Shown: one piece after another, positions 9,247 to 18,154 of the stretch
Layout: the number at the start of each line of letters is the position of its first letter
Position numbering within the stretch: the stretch's first letter is position 1
IMG/VR virus record: IMGVR_UViG_3300031800_000001
Location: 32,001 to 96,000 of that record
DNA: 64,000 bases
Direction: 5' to 3' (one strand)
DNA from: a virus
Position numbers and translations under genes: made by a program
Notes under the pieces: generated by a model
The model's database searches: none
What the model was told of the DNA's origin: nothing
What the model saw: only the letters and a program-made list of their open reading frames with translations

Positions 9247-10544
9247 GGATAACTTCACAATCTCAGGCTCTGTATGTGGGTCCTGCGCCATCAACCGGTT
9301 ATCATTTTATAGATTCCGCCGGTAATCCTACCTCTGATCTAGATGCTACTAATTTGCTCAAGCAACTCAATGGTCTTCAATCTTTAGACTATGAAATAGT
9401 CAACAATAGAATTCCGATAAGTGAACTCGGGAGAAGGGAAACCGTAAAAAGAGCTATCATCACGCCTCCTGATGTTAATGTAAGTTTTTCGTATATTGCT
9501 TCTGATTTAAAAAACGAAATCAGAATGGGGTTTGATGTCAATTTTCATACTGGGTATTCTTGGACAGACCCCTTTCACGAAAACAATACTGGGATATTTT
9601 GCTTATCAGGAATGCTCAGCAGGGAAAGTTACCCAGTGTATAGCGGATTTAATACGGTGGACGATGGGGTGTTCACATCTGCTTGGCCATATTCGGATAG
9701 GGATAAAAGAAATTTGTTTTTAGGCATAGCTCCCGAAGGGTCAGACATGAAAGATATCCCAAACGAGGAATACGAGAAAATACATTGCGTGTCTTTCGGC
9801 GATTGCCACTTGGCTAAATATAATGTAGAATTTAGCCTCAATAGTCCTATAGTTGTCCAAACATCATATCAATGCGCAAACATACAATATCATTCGAGTG
9901 GATCAGGATTTATCCCCGCAATGAATACCGTAGATTTTACCCCCGTAAATGATAACATTTTTATAATTCCAAAGCTTAAGGGTGAAGTCAGCGGTAATGT
10001 ATCAGGAGTAGCTGAGCCACTAAGAATAGGAGACATGAACCTCAGAATAACCGCGCCCCAATATGGAACAGAAAAAGAAGACATACTGGACGCCGGTATA
10101 AATTATAGAGATCTTAGCGTGCAAAACGCAACCATCTCAATTGAAATAAATAGACACGCATGGAAAGGGTTGGGCCATAAATTACCTATAGATCGACCCA
10201 TAAAATACCCAATTACCGTAAAGACTAGCATAAAGGGGTTAGTGGGGGAAACCCGAACAGGCGATTTGTATAATTTCATATCTAAAGATTACAAATATGA
10301 TTTAATATTTGAATGCAGGGCCCCTACGATATGGTGTCCGGGTTTCGAGCAAGACGTAAGGGTTAGATATGATGTTCTTGGGTCAAATTTGGATAATTTT
10401 TCTTTCACAAACCAAGTAAATCAGGGGAGAGAGGTAGAGCTGAATTATATAACTGATGTAGCAGAAGGAGCCGGAGGGCAGGGTATTTTCATGAGCGGAA
10501 TGGTGTTCGAAACTGGATTTGCATTCTCTGGTTTTAACTTTTAG
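9234..10544 (+). CDS. tail-tube-like structural protein, paralogue of 37091..38398
   Basis: Collinear similarity over the whole length to the 37091 protein (QSQALYV/QSEALYV, LRIGD/LRPGD, QGIFMSG/QGLFMSG). Confidence 0.7.
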   Translation: MPRVRITSQSQALYVGPAPSTGYHFIDSAGNPTSDLDATNLLKQLNGLQSLDYEIVNNRIPISELGRRETVKRAIITPPDVNVSFSYIASDLKNEIRMGFDVNFHTGYSWTDPFHENNTGIFCLSGMLSRESYPVYSGFNTVDDGVFTSAWPYSDRDKRNLFLGIAPEGSDMKDIPNEEYEKIHCVSFGDCHLAKYNVEFSLNSPIVVQTSYQCANIQYHSSGSGFIPAMNTVDFTPVNDNIFIIPKLKGEVSGNVSGVAEPLRIGDMNLRITAPQYGTEKEDILDAGINYRDLSVQNATISIEINRHAWKGLGHKLPIDRPIKYPITVKTSIKGLVGETRTGDLYNFISKDYKYDLIFECRAPTIWCPGFEQDVRVRYDVLGSNLDNFSFTNQVNQGREVELNYITDVAEGAGGQGIFMSGMVFETGFAFSGFNF

Positions 10545-10545
10545 G

Positions 10546-10551
10546 GTGTAA
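10546..10551 (+). promoter_or_regulatory. GTGTAA motif
   Basis: Directly after the 10544 stop and upstream of the small ORF and tubulin gene. Confidence 0.55.
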
Positions 10552-10569
10552 TAGAGAGGGAAGATAAAT

Positions 10570-10731
10570 ATGCTAGAACTGTTAATTTTAAGTCTTTTGG
10601 TGAATGCTGGTCTCGGGCTTTGGGTCTTCAGGCTGAAAAGCCTTGTGGATAGAGTGCACCCGCGCTTTCTTCAGGCTGCCGAGAGACGAGCCACAAAGGG
10701 TGTGGCGTTTAGGAAAAAGGCTAAAAAATAA
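10570..10731 (+). CDS. small single-TM membrane protein (53 aa, not in ORF track)
   Basis: MLELLILSLLVNAGLGLWVFRLKSLVDRVHPRFLQAAERRATKGVAFRKKAKK; GAGAGGG upstream; fills the gap before tubulin. Confidence 0.6.
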   Translation: MLELLILSLLVNAGLGLWVFRLKSLVDRVHPRFLQAAERRATKGVAFRKKAKK

Positions 10732-10740
10732 AGGTTAATC

Positions 10741-11925
10741 ATGGAAGAACAAGACAACGATTCTATAAAAATAGACTTACCCCTAGAGGGTCAAGCCGGC
10801 CAAGGAGTAGTCGGTTACAATAACCCATCTGGACCAGATTTATCCCTGCCAGACATCCCCATGCCTGTTTCACAACCGAAGCAGACAAAGGAGGTAAAAG
10901 ACGAAATTGATGTGGCATTCAAGTTCGCATTTATCGGCGCTGGACAAGGGGGGTCAAGAATAGCTGAGACCTTCCATGGCTTGGGCTACAGAAAAATCGC
11001 AGTTTTAAATACCGCAGAGCAAGACTTAAATACCATCAACCTTGACAATAAGCTTTGCATTGGCTCGGGTGGCGCAGGAAAAGACCCTGAAATCGCTAGA
11101 AAGGTATTCGCAGAAAGAAAAGAAGATGTTATAGATTTCATGAGGTATTCTTTTGGTGAGCAGCTTGACAGAATCATGATTTGTGCTGGTGCTGGTGGAG
11201 GAACCGGGGCTGGCACTGTGGTGCCACTGGTTCGTGCCGCTAAAGAACTACAAGAGACACTCGGATGCTCCACTTCTAAAGTAGGAGTAATCCTAGCTTT
11301 ACCGAAAGCCTCAGAAGGCAAGAAGGTCAACGCTAATGCTCACGATTGTCTAAAAAGCGTTTATGAGTTAGTTAAGGAGGGCGTGGTCTCTCCTTTGGTG
11401 GTCATCGATAACGAAAGGATAGGAAAAATATACCCGAACCTTGTGGTGTCAAATTTTTGGCAAACCGCTAACATGAGCATGGCTGGACTTTTCCACCTGT
11501 TCAACTTGACCGCAGCTAGGGATAGCTCCTATACCGCGTTTGACGCAAATGATTATAAAAATGTCCTAGATTCAGGGCTTATGGTTTTCGGCGCAGCCCC
11601 GGTTGAAGAGTGGGAAAACCCCGTCAGTATTTCTAGGGCCGTGAGGGACAATTTCAACAGTGGTTTATTGGCAGGCGGAATAGATCTTTCTAGCGGTAGT
11701 TGCGCTGGAGCAATTGTCGTAGGGGGCCAAAGACAACTTGATAACATACCCCAAGCTGACCTAGACCAAGCCTTCGACCAGCTATGCAGAATGCTTGCTC
11801 CCGGAAATGTCGTGCACAGGGGAATCTACTCCGGAGATAAAGATAGTCTCACTGTATTTACGACAATCGGAGGTTTGTCAAGGCCCGACGAAAAGCTTAA
11901 GGAACTTAAGAAGCTTGGAGTATAA
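10741..11925 (+). CDS. tubulin/FtsZ superfamily GTPase (PhuZ/TubZ/CetZ-like)
   Basis: IGAGQGGSRIA (T1), GSGGAGKDPE (T3), AGAGGGTGAG tubulin signature (T4), ALPKASEG, IDNE and FDANDY (T7-like). Confidence 0.9.
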   Translation: MEEQDNDSIKIDLPLEGQAGQGVVGYNNPSGPDLSLPDIPMPVSQPKQTKEVKDEIDVAFKFAFIGAGQGGSRIAETFHGLGYRKIAVLNTAEQDLNTINLDNKLCIGSGGAGKDPEIARKVFAERKEDVIDFMRYSFGEQLDRIMICAGAGGGTGAGTVVPLVRAAKELQETLGCSTSKVGVILALPKASEGKKVNANAHDCLKSVYELVKEGVVSPLVVIDNERIGKIYPNLVVSNFWQTANMSMAGLFHLFNLTAARDSSYTAFDANDYKNVLDSGLMVFGAAPVEEWENPVSISRAVRDNFNSGLLAGGIDLSSGSCAGAIVVGGQRQLDNIPQADLDQAFDQLCRMLAPGNVVHRGIYSGDKDSLTVFTTIGGLSRPDEKLKELKKLGV

Positions 11926-11980
11926 ATTTGGTATTTTTCATAATTACCATTTATAATTAAACAGATAAGGGAATAATATT

Positions 11981-12190
11981 ATGGCAGTAAAAAAGAACGA
12001 AGTGAAGCCGGGTTGGAAAACTACGGAATTTTGGTTAACCGTTGTGGTCGCGTTAGGATCTTTGCTCTGGGGAGCAGATTTGCTCGATCCTGAGGCAGCT
12101 GGAACAGCAAACAATGTCTTCGGACTCTTGGTTTCCGGGCTGGCAGCAGTCGGATACACGGTGTCTAGAGGTTTAGCCAAAAAGGGATAA
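11981..12190 (+). CDS. putative holin (2 TM)
   Basis: KPGWKTTEFWL followed by two hydrophobic helices and a basic C-terminus. Confidence 0.6.
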   Translation: MAVKKNEVKPGWKTTEFWLTVVVALGSLLWGADLLDPEAAGTANNVFGLLVSGLAAVGYTVSRGLAKKG

Positions 12191-12196
12191 TCCATA

Positions 12197-12391
12197 ATGG
12201 CTTGGCTGACGGCATTAATTAAAGCCGTTTTAGAATGGCTGACGGCAGAAGTAAAGAAAGATACTAAAGCTTCAGACGCGGATGATATACCCCAACCACT
12301 CAAAGATAAGTGGCGACAACGAATCCAAGATCAGCTTGATAAACAAAAGAAAAAAGATGAAGAGTCTACTGAAAAATCTAACGATTCTTAG
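12197..12391 (+). CDS. small amphipathic protein, possibly spanin-associated
   Basis: Lies between the putative holin and the lipoprotein, overlapping the latter. Confidence 0.5.
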   Translation: MAWLTALIKAVLEWLTAEVKKDTKASDADDIPQPLKDKWRQRIQDQLDKQKKKDEESTEKSNDS

Positions 12392-12581
12392 TTTTGCGCT
12401 TATCCTTATAGGATGCGGAAGCACCCGCGTCGTGTTTGTTGATACCAGCGCAGATATGATAAGAATTGGCCCTAATGTAACTGGAAAATGTTACATACTT
12501 AAAAACGGAGAATGGGTGCTTAGTAAGAATAAAGTTAAATTGCCAGAGGGTTGGTACGCAGGAGGTATACCCAAGGATTAA
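12357..12581 (+). CDS. small lipoprotein, o-spanin candidate
   Basis: Start reassigned to ATG 12357: MKSLLKNLTILSFALILIGC, with lipobox LIGC. Confidence 0.65.
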   Translation: MKSLLKNLTILSFALILIGCGSTRVVFVDTSADMIRIGPNVTGKCYILKNGEWVLSKNKVKLPEGWYAGGIPKD

Positions 12582-12609
12582 CCTACATAAAAGCTTTTAC
12601 GAGTAACGG

Positions 12610-12647
12610 GGCTATGCGGGTGTAAACACTTGCGTAGCCTTTTTTTT
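12610..12647 (+). terminator. intrinsic terminator-like hairpin containing GTGTAA
   Basis: ggctatgcgggtgt-aa-acacttgcgtagcc followed by T8. Confidence 0.65.
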
Positions 12648-12670
12648 AAGGTCACTTAAGGATAATAATT

Positions 12671-13414
12671 ATGAGTGAAGAAAAAAGAACAAAAGAAGAA
12701 GTTAAGGCTGATCTTAAAGTCAAAGAGGCAGAAGTATTAAATCATCAGGCTGCAGTAAGAAAGCAGGATGCCGAAACAAGAAAGCTCCTTGCCGAAGCAG
12801 GCAAAGAAGAGATCGAGTATCAGAAAGCTTATATTGTAAGGCAAAAAGAACTGACATCCGACGAGGAGAATCATCTTTATAGATTTAATAAAGACGTTAA
12901 CTCCAACTCTGTGCAGATGTGCATGAGCAAGCTTACGCAATGGCACCGCCTAGATCCAAAATGCGATATGGAGGTTATCTTTTCGTCACCCGGAGGAAGT
13001 ATTATTGATGGTTTTGAATTATTTGATTTTCTTCAAGAAATGAGGGCCCAAGGACATAAAGTTATAACTGGCTCTTTGGGAATGGCTGCGTCTATGGCTG
13101 GGATTCTTTTGCAAGCAGGAACTCATAGATGGATAGGCCACCAAGCATGGATGATGATCCATAGAGCCGCATTTGGGGCAATTGGCAAAACATACGAAAT
13201 AGAAGACGAGGTCAAGCTGGTGAAAAGAATTGAAGAGAGATGCATTGATATCTTTGTCTCTCGTTCCAAACTAAGTAAATTGAAAATCAAAAGAAATTGG
13301 GATAGAAAAGATTGGTGGATAGACGCAGACGAATGCTTGGAGTGGGGATTGGTCGATGAAATTAAAGCAATGATGCCGGAGCACATGAGCGCTTCTAAGA
13401 AAAAGAAAAAGTGA
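12671..13414 (+). CDS. clpP: ClpP-family serine protease
   Basis: SSPGGS, GMAASMA (catalytic Ser), MMIH (His), DWWIDADECLEWGLVDEI; N-terminal coiled-coil extension. Confidence 0.88.
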   Translation: MSEEKRTKEEVKADLKVKEAEVLNHQAAVRKQDAETRKLLAEAGKEEIEYQKAYIVRQKELTSDEENHLYRFNKDVNSNSVQMCMSKLTQWHRLDPKCDMEVIFSSPGGSIIDGFELFDFLQEMRAQGHKVITGSLGMAASMAGILLQAGTHRWIGHQAWMMIHRAAFGAIGKTYEIEDEVKLVKRIEERCIDIFVSRSKLSKLKIKRNWDRKDWWIDADECLEWGLVDEIKAMMPEHMSASKKKKK

Positions 13415-13614
13415 AAAAAAAATCCTTCAAAAAAAAGCCTCACAAAAAAAGAGATGGTAGTTGGGATACCACCGACCTCTATAGAGGCGGCGAGAACCCT
13501 TTCGATGTAGAATGGATAAAGTATTATAACTCAGTGGAAGGCCGCGACCAAATACTGTTTCTTTATACGGACAAAGAAACAAAAAAAATCATAAAGCACA
13601 GAATACTTAGATAA
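13411..13614 (+). CDS. hypothetical protein
   Basis: GTGA overlap with the clpP stop; fills the gap. Confidence 0.5.
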   Translation: MKKKSFKKKPHKKRDGSWDTTDLYRGGENPFDVEWIKYYNSVEGRDQILFLYTDKETKKIIKHRILR

Positions 13615-13633
13615 AATCGTGTAAAGTTACACC

Positions 13634-13837
13634 ATGTCAAAGCCACATGGTTGTAGCTGGAAGAGATACCCTTCGGAAGATAAGACCGTTCAGTTTTTTA
13701 TCATACTGTTCTTGATTTGTTTTATCGTGCTCATTTTCGGATTTCTTTGTGTAAATACAAAAGATGAAAATCCTAAAGAAACTAAGGGAGAAAACAGGGA
13801 GCCTCCTGAAACGAACATCAAACTTCCTAAACGATAA
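13634..13837 (+). CDS. small TM protein
   Basis: Hydrophobic helix; GTGTAA at 13619-13624 upstream. Overlaps the next ORF by 74 nt, so uncertain. Confidence 0.4.
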   Translation: MSKPHGCSWKRYPSEDKTVQFFIILFLICFIVLIFGFLCVNTKDENPKETKGENREPPETNIKLPKR

Positions 13838-14237
13838 CATAAAATCCATATACGCAGTATTAGTTACTGCAATTCTTTTTACAGGATTAGGGTTAAAATA
13901 TCAGTCCGACTACGCAATTAGACTTTTAGAAATCCAAAAAGACTTCATCACTATTGAAGAAAATCTAAATTTATATAAGCTGGTCAACAAAGAACAATCA
14001 GATTTTATTAATTTCCAAGGCGAGGCAAATCATAGCCTAAGAAAATTAAATGCCAATCAGAAGGATACCCTACAACGAGCTAGCGAGGTTATTTACGAAC
14101 TCACCAACGAGCTCACCTACCGACAGGCCTTTATTCAAAAATTAGTAGAGTATTTAAAAAGCATAAAAGAGTGGCCCCCAAAAAACATGGCACCACCGGA
14201 GCGGCCTAAGCCAACCGACCCAGACAAATGGACATAG
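13764..14237 (+). CDS. TM + coiled-coil protein (i-spanin-like topology)
   Basis: One N-proximal TM helix, a long coiled coil and a Pro-rich C-terminus; GTGTAA at 13749-13754. Confidence 0.6.
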   Translation: MKILKKLREKTGSLLKRTSNFLNDNIKSIYAVLVTAILFTGLGLKYQSDYAIRLLEIQKDFITIEENLNLYKLVNKEQSDFINFQGEANHSLRKLNANQKDTLQRASEVIYELTNELTYRQAFIQKLVEYLKSIKEWPPKNMAPPERPKPTDPDKWT

Positions 14238-14246
14238 GGGATCGCG

Positions 14247-14507
14247 ATGAAAAAACTTGCGATCCTCGACGAGTCACGATCTTATAGGTGGTGGGACAAA
14301 GAAACAACCACCTATGCTTTCCAAACTAAAAATGGAGACTGGTGGGTTATGCGCCCAGAGAAGAAATCTTCTCAAAAGAAAAAGATCGTTGCAAAGAAAA
14401 AAAGCGAATCTACAGTTTGCGGCAACAGCGTCACGCTAACGGTCATCGGGTTTGCACTAGGAGTCAGCCTTGCTTTAAATTTAATTTTTTTATTATGGGG
14501 AAACTAA
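14247..14507 (+). CDS. hypothetical protein with C-terminal TM
   Basis: ORF in operon context with a C-terminal hydrophobic helix. Confidence 0.55.
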   Translation: MKKLAILDESRSYRWWDKETTTYAFQTKNGDWWVMRPEKKSSQKKKIVAKKKSESTVCGNSVTLTVIGFALGVSLALNLIFLLWGN

Positions 14508-15004
14508 GAAGAACTACACTTTGGGTGATGGCGATATGCTTATTGAATGTAAGCTGTGTCGTTTTCCATCCCGAGCAGTTTCAAAGAGATGAACTAGGAT
14601 ACTATATTAATCACTACAACGCCTGCGGTCCAGTCGCCTTAGAGAAGGCGTTTGAAGCGTTGGGGGACGAGAACGAAAGCAGAGTCGAAATAAGCAGGAA
14701 AATACAAGACAAGGGAAATTCTTTAAGGACACTTCTTTCTTTGCTTCACTATGACGGCCTATTGGTAACTTTACCAAAAGAGATAAAAACCGCGTGCAAA
14801 GAACATGGGTATAAGGTTATAGAGCTTAATAACCTAGACGAGTTAAAAGAGAAAGACGTGGCCCTTGTTTTAGTTTGGGGAAGGATTTTTAAGAGAGAAG
14901 CTCATTGGGTAGTCTTTCCGATAGATAACGAATTTAGGAAGCTCAAAGAGTGGTATGGAGAATACACTGAAATAGGCAAAATTTACCTGTTAAAAAAAAT
15001 ATAA
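14495..15004 (+). CDS. C39-like cysteine peptidase, predicted lipoprotein
   Basis: Likely start ATG 14495 (MGKLRRTTLWVMAICLLNVSC, lipobox-like); NACGPVAL catalytic Cys motif and AHWVV His motif. Confidence 0.6.
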   Translation: MGKLRRTTLWVMAICLLNVSCVVFHPEQFQRDELGYYINHYNACGPVALEKAFEALGDENESRVEISRKIQDKGNSLRTLLSLLHYDGLLVTLPKEIKTACKEHGYKVIELNNLDELKEKDVALVLVWGRIFKREAHWVVFPIDNEFRKLKEWYGEYTEIGKIYLLKKI

Positions 15005-15067
15005 TTTTTAATATCTAGTCATTTTTGTGTAATATGAATTAGTAGTCCGAATTGCATTGCCTCAAAA

Positions 15068-15625
15068 ATGAAAAATAAATTCTTTATCACCAAAAAGAAA
15101 CAGGAAACCTACTCCAAGCTTTGGGAAAAGGTTAACGAACCTACCATTGCGGAAGCTGACAAAAAGGCCGGGTACCCTCCTAAAGATAAAAAGGACGGCA
15201 AGAAAGGAGACAAAAAGGAAGATAAAAAAGAAAAAGGCAAAGATGGCAAGAAGCTCCCGCCGTGGCTAAACAAAAAGAAATCCAACTCCACTCTGTCTCA
15301 ACAAGAGGCTATAGATTATTCTAGTAAGATAATTGGGGCTTTAAGAAAAAAACAGAAAGATCACAACTCCGAATTTAATACGAAAGCTCAATTTTCAAAA
15401 ATAAAAGAAGCATACAGGCGGGGTGTCAATTTGCGCCCAAAAGGCTCAAAAAAAACATGTAACCAATGGGGGATGGCTAATGTTAATGCTTTTTTAGAGA
15501 AGGTGGAAGAACTAAATTTTGAAAAAGCCGACCAAGACATCAAGAAATACAACATAAAGGTAAGATTCAATGACTTAGAAGATCTGTATTTAGAAGAGTA
15601 TTCCCCAATTAATAAGGTGTATTAA
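15068..15625 (+). CDS. hypothetical basic protein, possibly head-associated
   Basis: K/D-rich low-complexity stretch, YRRG...QWGMANVNAFL segment; GTGTAA at 15027-15032. Confidence 0.65.
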   Translation: MKNKFFITKKKQETYSKLWEKVNEPTIAEADKKAGYPPKDKKDGKKGDKKEDKKEKGKDGKKLPPWLNKKKSNSTLSQQEAIDYSSKIIGALRKKQKDHNSEFNTKAQFSKIKEAYRRGVNLRPKGSKKTCNQWGMANVNAFLEKVEELNFEKADQDIKKYNIKVRFNDLEDLYLEEYSPINKVY

Positions 15626-15645
15626 TAAGAAGAGGGTATTTTATT

Positions 15646-15996
15646 ATGGCAAGAAAAGAAAGCGATTTCAGACAGGACGGCCTCCCGGCGGGGGTAAGTT
15701 ATGCATACAAGAAGGGAACAGATATTAGTTCCGCAGCGGATGTGGTTTCCGCGCCGTCGGTGAGCACTGATTCAATTGTGGTGACAGATATCGTTGTAAG
15801 CAAGGGGACGGCTGGAACGGTAACCGTGCAGGATGGAGCGACAGAAATTGCGGATTTATACGTGGCTGCAGGAGGGGTTAACTCGGCAAACTTATCCGGC
15901 CCGCTTAAGTTAACAGCTGGAAACGCGTTAAAAATGAAGCTGAACAACACGAACACCAATTATTCTATTTTAGTAACTTATTATCTACAATCATAA
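15646..15996 (+). CDS. small beta-rich putative virion protein
   Basis: V/T/S/G-rich; GAGGG SD; GTGTAT motif variant at 15617-15622. Confidence 0.65.
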   Translation: MARKESDFRQDGLPAGVSYAYKKGTDISSAADVVSAPSVSTDSIVVTDIVVSKGTAGTVTVQDGATEIADLYVAAGGVNSANLSGPLKLTAGNALKMKLNNTNTNYSILVTYYLQS

Positions 15997-16000
15997 GCCA

Positions 16001-17530
16001 ATGAAAAAATTCAAACACACTACGCTATTTAGCTCGGTCATAAGGCCCTTAGTGTCAGAGGAGAAGGACAAGTACCTCGCCTTGGCGAGCTCGTTAGATG
16101 TAGCAAACTTCATCCCAGAAATTGACACCGCCAAAAACATTGACCTTCTTCCCATTGCTTTCAATGCCTGTGTAGCCAATAGGGTCAACAGGAACGGGGA
16201 CGTCATTGACACGGAAACGGCTATAGAAATTTTTGAATCGTTCATTAATAAACCTATAAATGTTGAACACAACAGGCAAAGAGTAATAGGCACTATCCTT
16301 ACCGCTGGATTCAGTGAGTTTGGAACGGATGCCCCAGTAGAGAAGGACAAGGTGGCAAATGCTAGCGGGCCATTCAACATTACCCTCGGTGGAATAGTGT
16401 GGAAAGTAGTAAATAATGAATTGTCTGATATTATAGAAGAATCAAACGACCCGACAAGCGAGCACTTCATGAAAATTTCAGCAAGTTGGGAGTTAGGTTT
16501 CACAGACTACAACTTATTGGTTCTAGCAGGAGAAGAGAAGAATATCGAAAACGCGGTTCTCATTGACGACCCAGAGCAGATAAAATCATTGAAAGAAAAT
16601 TTAAAAATTTTTGGCGGATCAGGAAAGCTTGATGACGGTAGATTCATTTACCGCAAAGTAATCAACACGGTCATTCCCCTTGGGATAGGACTTACGGAAA
16701 CTCCAGCGGCGGATGTGAAAGGTGTCTTCGTCAGAAAAGAGAAAGCAAGGGAAAATCTTGCCGAAAACAGGGAGATTATCCCAGAAACCAAAAATAAAGA
16801 AAATATTTCACAAACCAATATAAACAATGTAATCAAAGAAAAGAGACTAGCTATGAAAATAAACAGTTTGAAAGATATCACTGATGAGAGCTTACAGGAA
16901 GTTTCCGCTTCTGCTATCACTGATTTTATCAAAACGGAACTCCAAGAATCTGTCGACAAGTTTGAGGCCGAAAAAACCGAACTTAACGAGTCACTAAAGG
17001 CAGCCAGAGAGGCCAATGAGAAAATCGAAAAAGCAGAAAAGAACACCCATGAGGAGCTCAATACCCTCAAGACCGAAATTGCCAAACTCGTCGAAGACAA
17101 AGAGGCGAAGGAGGCCGAAGAGAAGTTTAACCAACGTATGGCCCACATGGACGATGTCTATGAGCTTAACGACGAAGATCGTGAAGTTATTGCGTCAGAC
17201 GTAAAGGATTTGGATGATAATGGGTTCGAGACATACCAGAAGAAGATGTCTACCCTTATTCGTCACAAAAATAAAGAATTGCTGGCTGAAGAAGTCGAAG
17301 CGCAAGAAGTTGCCGTAGCGGCAGAGCCCAAGGTTGAAAAGGAGGCTACGTCTTCCGAAATCAACGCGAAACAGGAGTCCGAGGATACCGAGGAAGCTGT
17401 TGAACAGGCTTTGGAAAACGCTGAAGCGGAAGCGTCTACGGTTCCCGTTTCTACACCAGCAGAAGAGCCCACTGTTCATGACAAGTTCAAGAGAGCTTTT
17501 GATGTGGACCAATGGGAATTGAAAGAGTAA
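16001..17530 (+). CDS. prohead protease with C-terminal scaffold domain
   Basis: NRVNRNGD, KPINVEH...IGTI and ISASWE (HK97/herpes-like His and Ser positions); acidic coiled-coil C-terminus; lies upstream of decoration and MCP genes. Confidence 0.75.
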   Translation: MKKFKHTTLFSSVIRPLVSEEKDKYLALASSLDVANFIPEIDTAKNIDLLPIAFNACVANRVNRNGDVIDTETAIEIFESFINKPINVEHNRQRVIGTILTAGFSEFGTDAPVEKDKVANASGPFNITLGGIVWKVVNNELSDIIEESNDPTSEHFMKISASWELGFTDYNLLVLAGEEKNIENAVLIDDPEQIKSLKENLKIFGGSGKLDDGRFIYRKVINTVIPLGIGLTETPAADVKGVFVRKEKARENLAENREIIPETKNKENISQTNINNVIKEKRLAMKINSLKDITDESLQEVSASAITDFIKTELQESVDKFEAEKTELNESLKAAREANEKIEKAEKNTHEELNTLKTEIAKLVEDKEAKEAEEKFNQRMAHMDDVYELNDEDREVIASDVKDLDDNGFETYQKKMSTLIRHKNKELLAEEVEAQEVAVAAEPKVEKEATSSEINAKQESEDTEEAVEQALENAEAEASTVPVSTPAEEPTVHDKFKRAFDVDQWELKE

Positions 17531-17565
17531 TTAAATTTTACATTAAATAAAGGAGAAAATAAATT

Positions 17566-18129
17566 ATGGCTATTAATCTAAAACCATTTAGAATTTACGA
17601 TGAGCATGATGTTATCAATCTTTACGCCTATAGTGGAGCTATTGGCGTAAGCGCAGGTGACAAAATCCCTCGTGGATCAATTGTTAAAGTAGTTCAGGGG
17701 TGGGATAATACATCCGAACCTGTTGAAATGCTTGGAAGCCCCGGCGCTTCCTACGACGGCACTGTTTCGCAGAGATACGGAACAGTAGCGAAGGTCGCCC
17801 TTGCGTCAAGCGGTAACGTTGCCCTAGGCATGATGCTGCACGACATCCAAGAGGTCGATGAAAACGGAGAATTACTGAAGTTCCATCCCCGCAAGGCGGC
17901 TGAAATGGAAGTGGTGCTCAGCGGACAATCCGTTCCTGTGGTAACCAGAGGAGTATTCCTATACACTGGAGACACAATCGGAACAGTTGAATACGCCAAC
18001 ACGAAGCTCTATACTGCTGACGACGGCGAAATTACAACGCTAAATCAGGACAGCGCTAACCACTTGGTTGGCAAATCACTCGGGGTCAGTGACGTCGATG
18101 GTTACCTCCTGATCAAACTGGAACTTTAA
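17566..18129 (+). CDS. capsid decoration/stabilising protein
   Basis: Between scaffold and MCP; strong AAGGAG SD; DENGELLKFHP...VLSGQSVPVVTRG. Confidence 0.6.
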   Translation: MAINLKPFRIYDEHDVINLYAYSGAIGVSAGDKIPRGSIVKVVQGWDNTSEPVEMLGSPGASYDGTVSQRYGTVAKVALASSGNVALGMMLHDIQEVDENGELLKFHPRKAAEMEVVLSGQSVPVVTRGVFLYTGDTIGTVEYANTKLYTADDGEITTLNQDSANHLVGKSLGVSDVDGYLLIKLEL

Positions 18130-18154
18130 TACTAAATAAGAGAGGAAATTTACT

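Noticed and set aside
14342-14494. Longer N-terminus for the C39-like gene (track start 14342); likewise start 12282 for the small lipoprotein
   Set aside because: Both overlap upstream genes extensively. The downstream ATGs (14495, 12357) give proper signal peptides.
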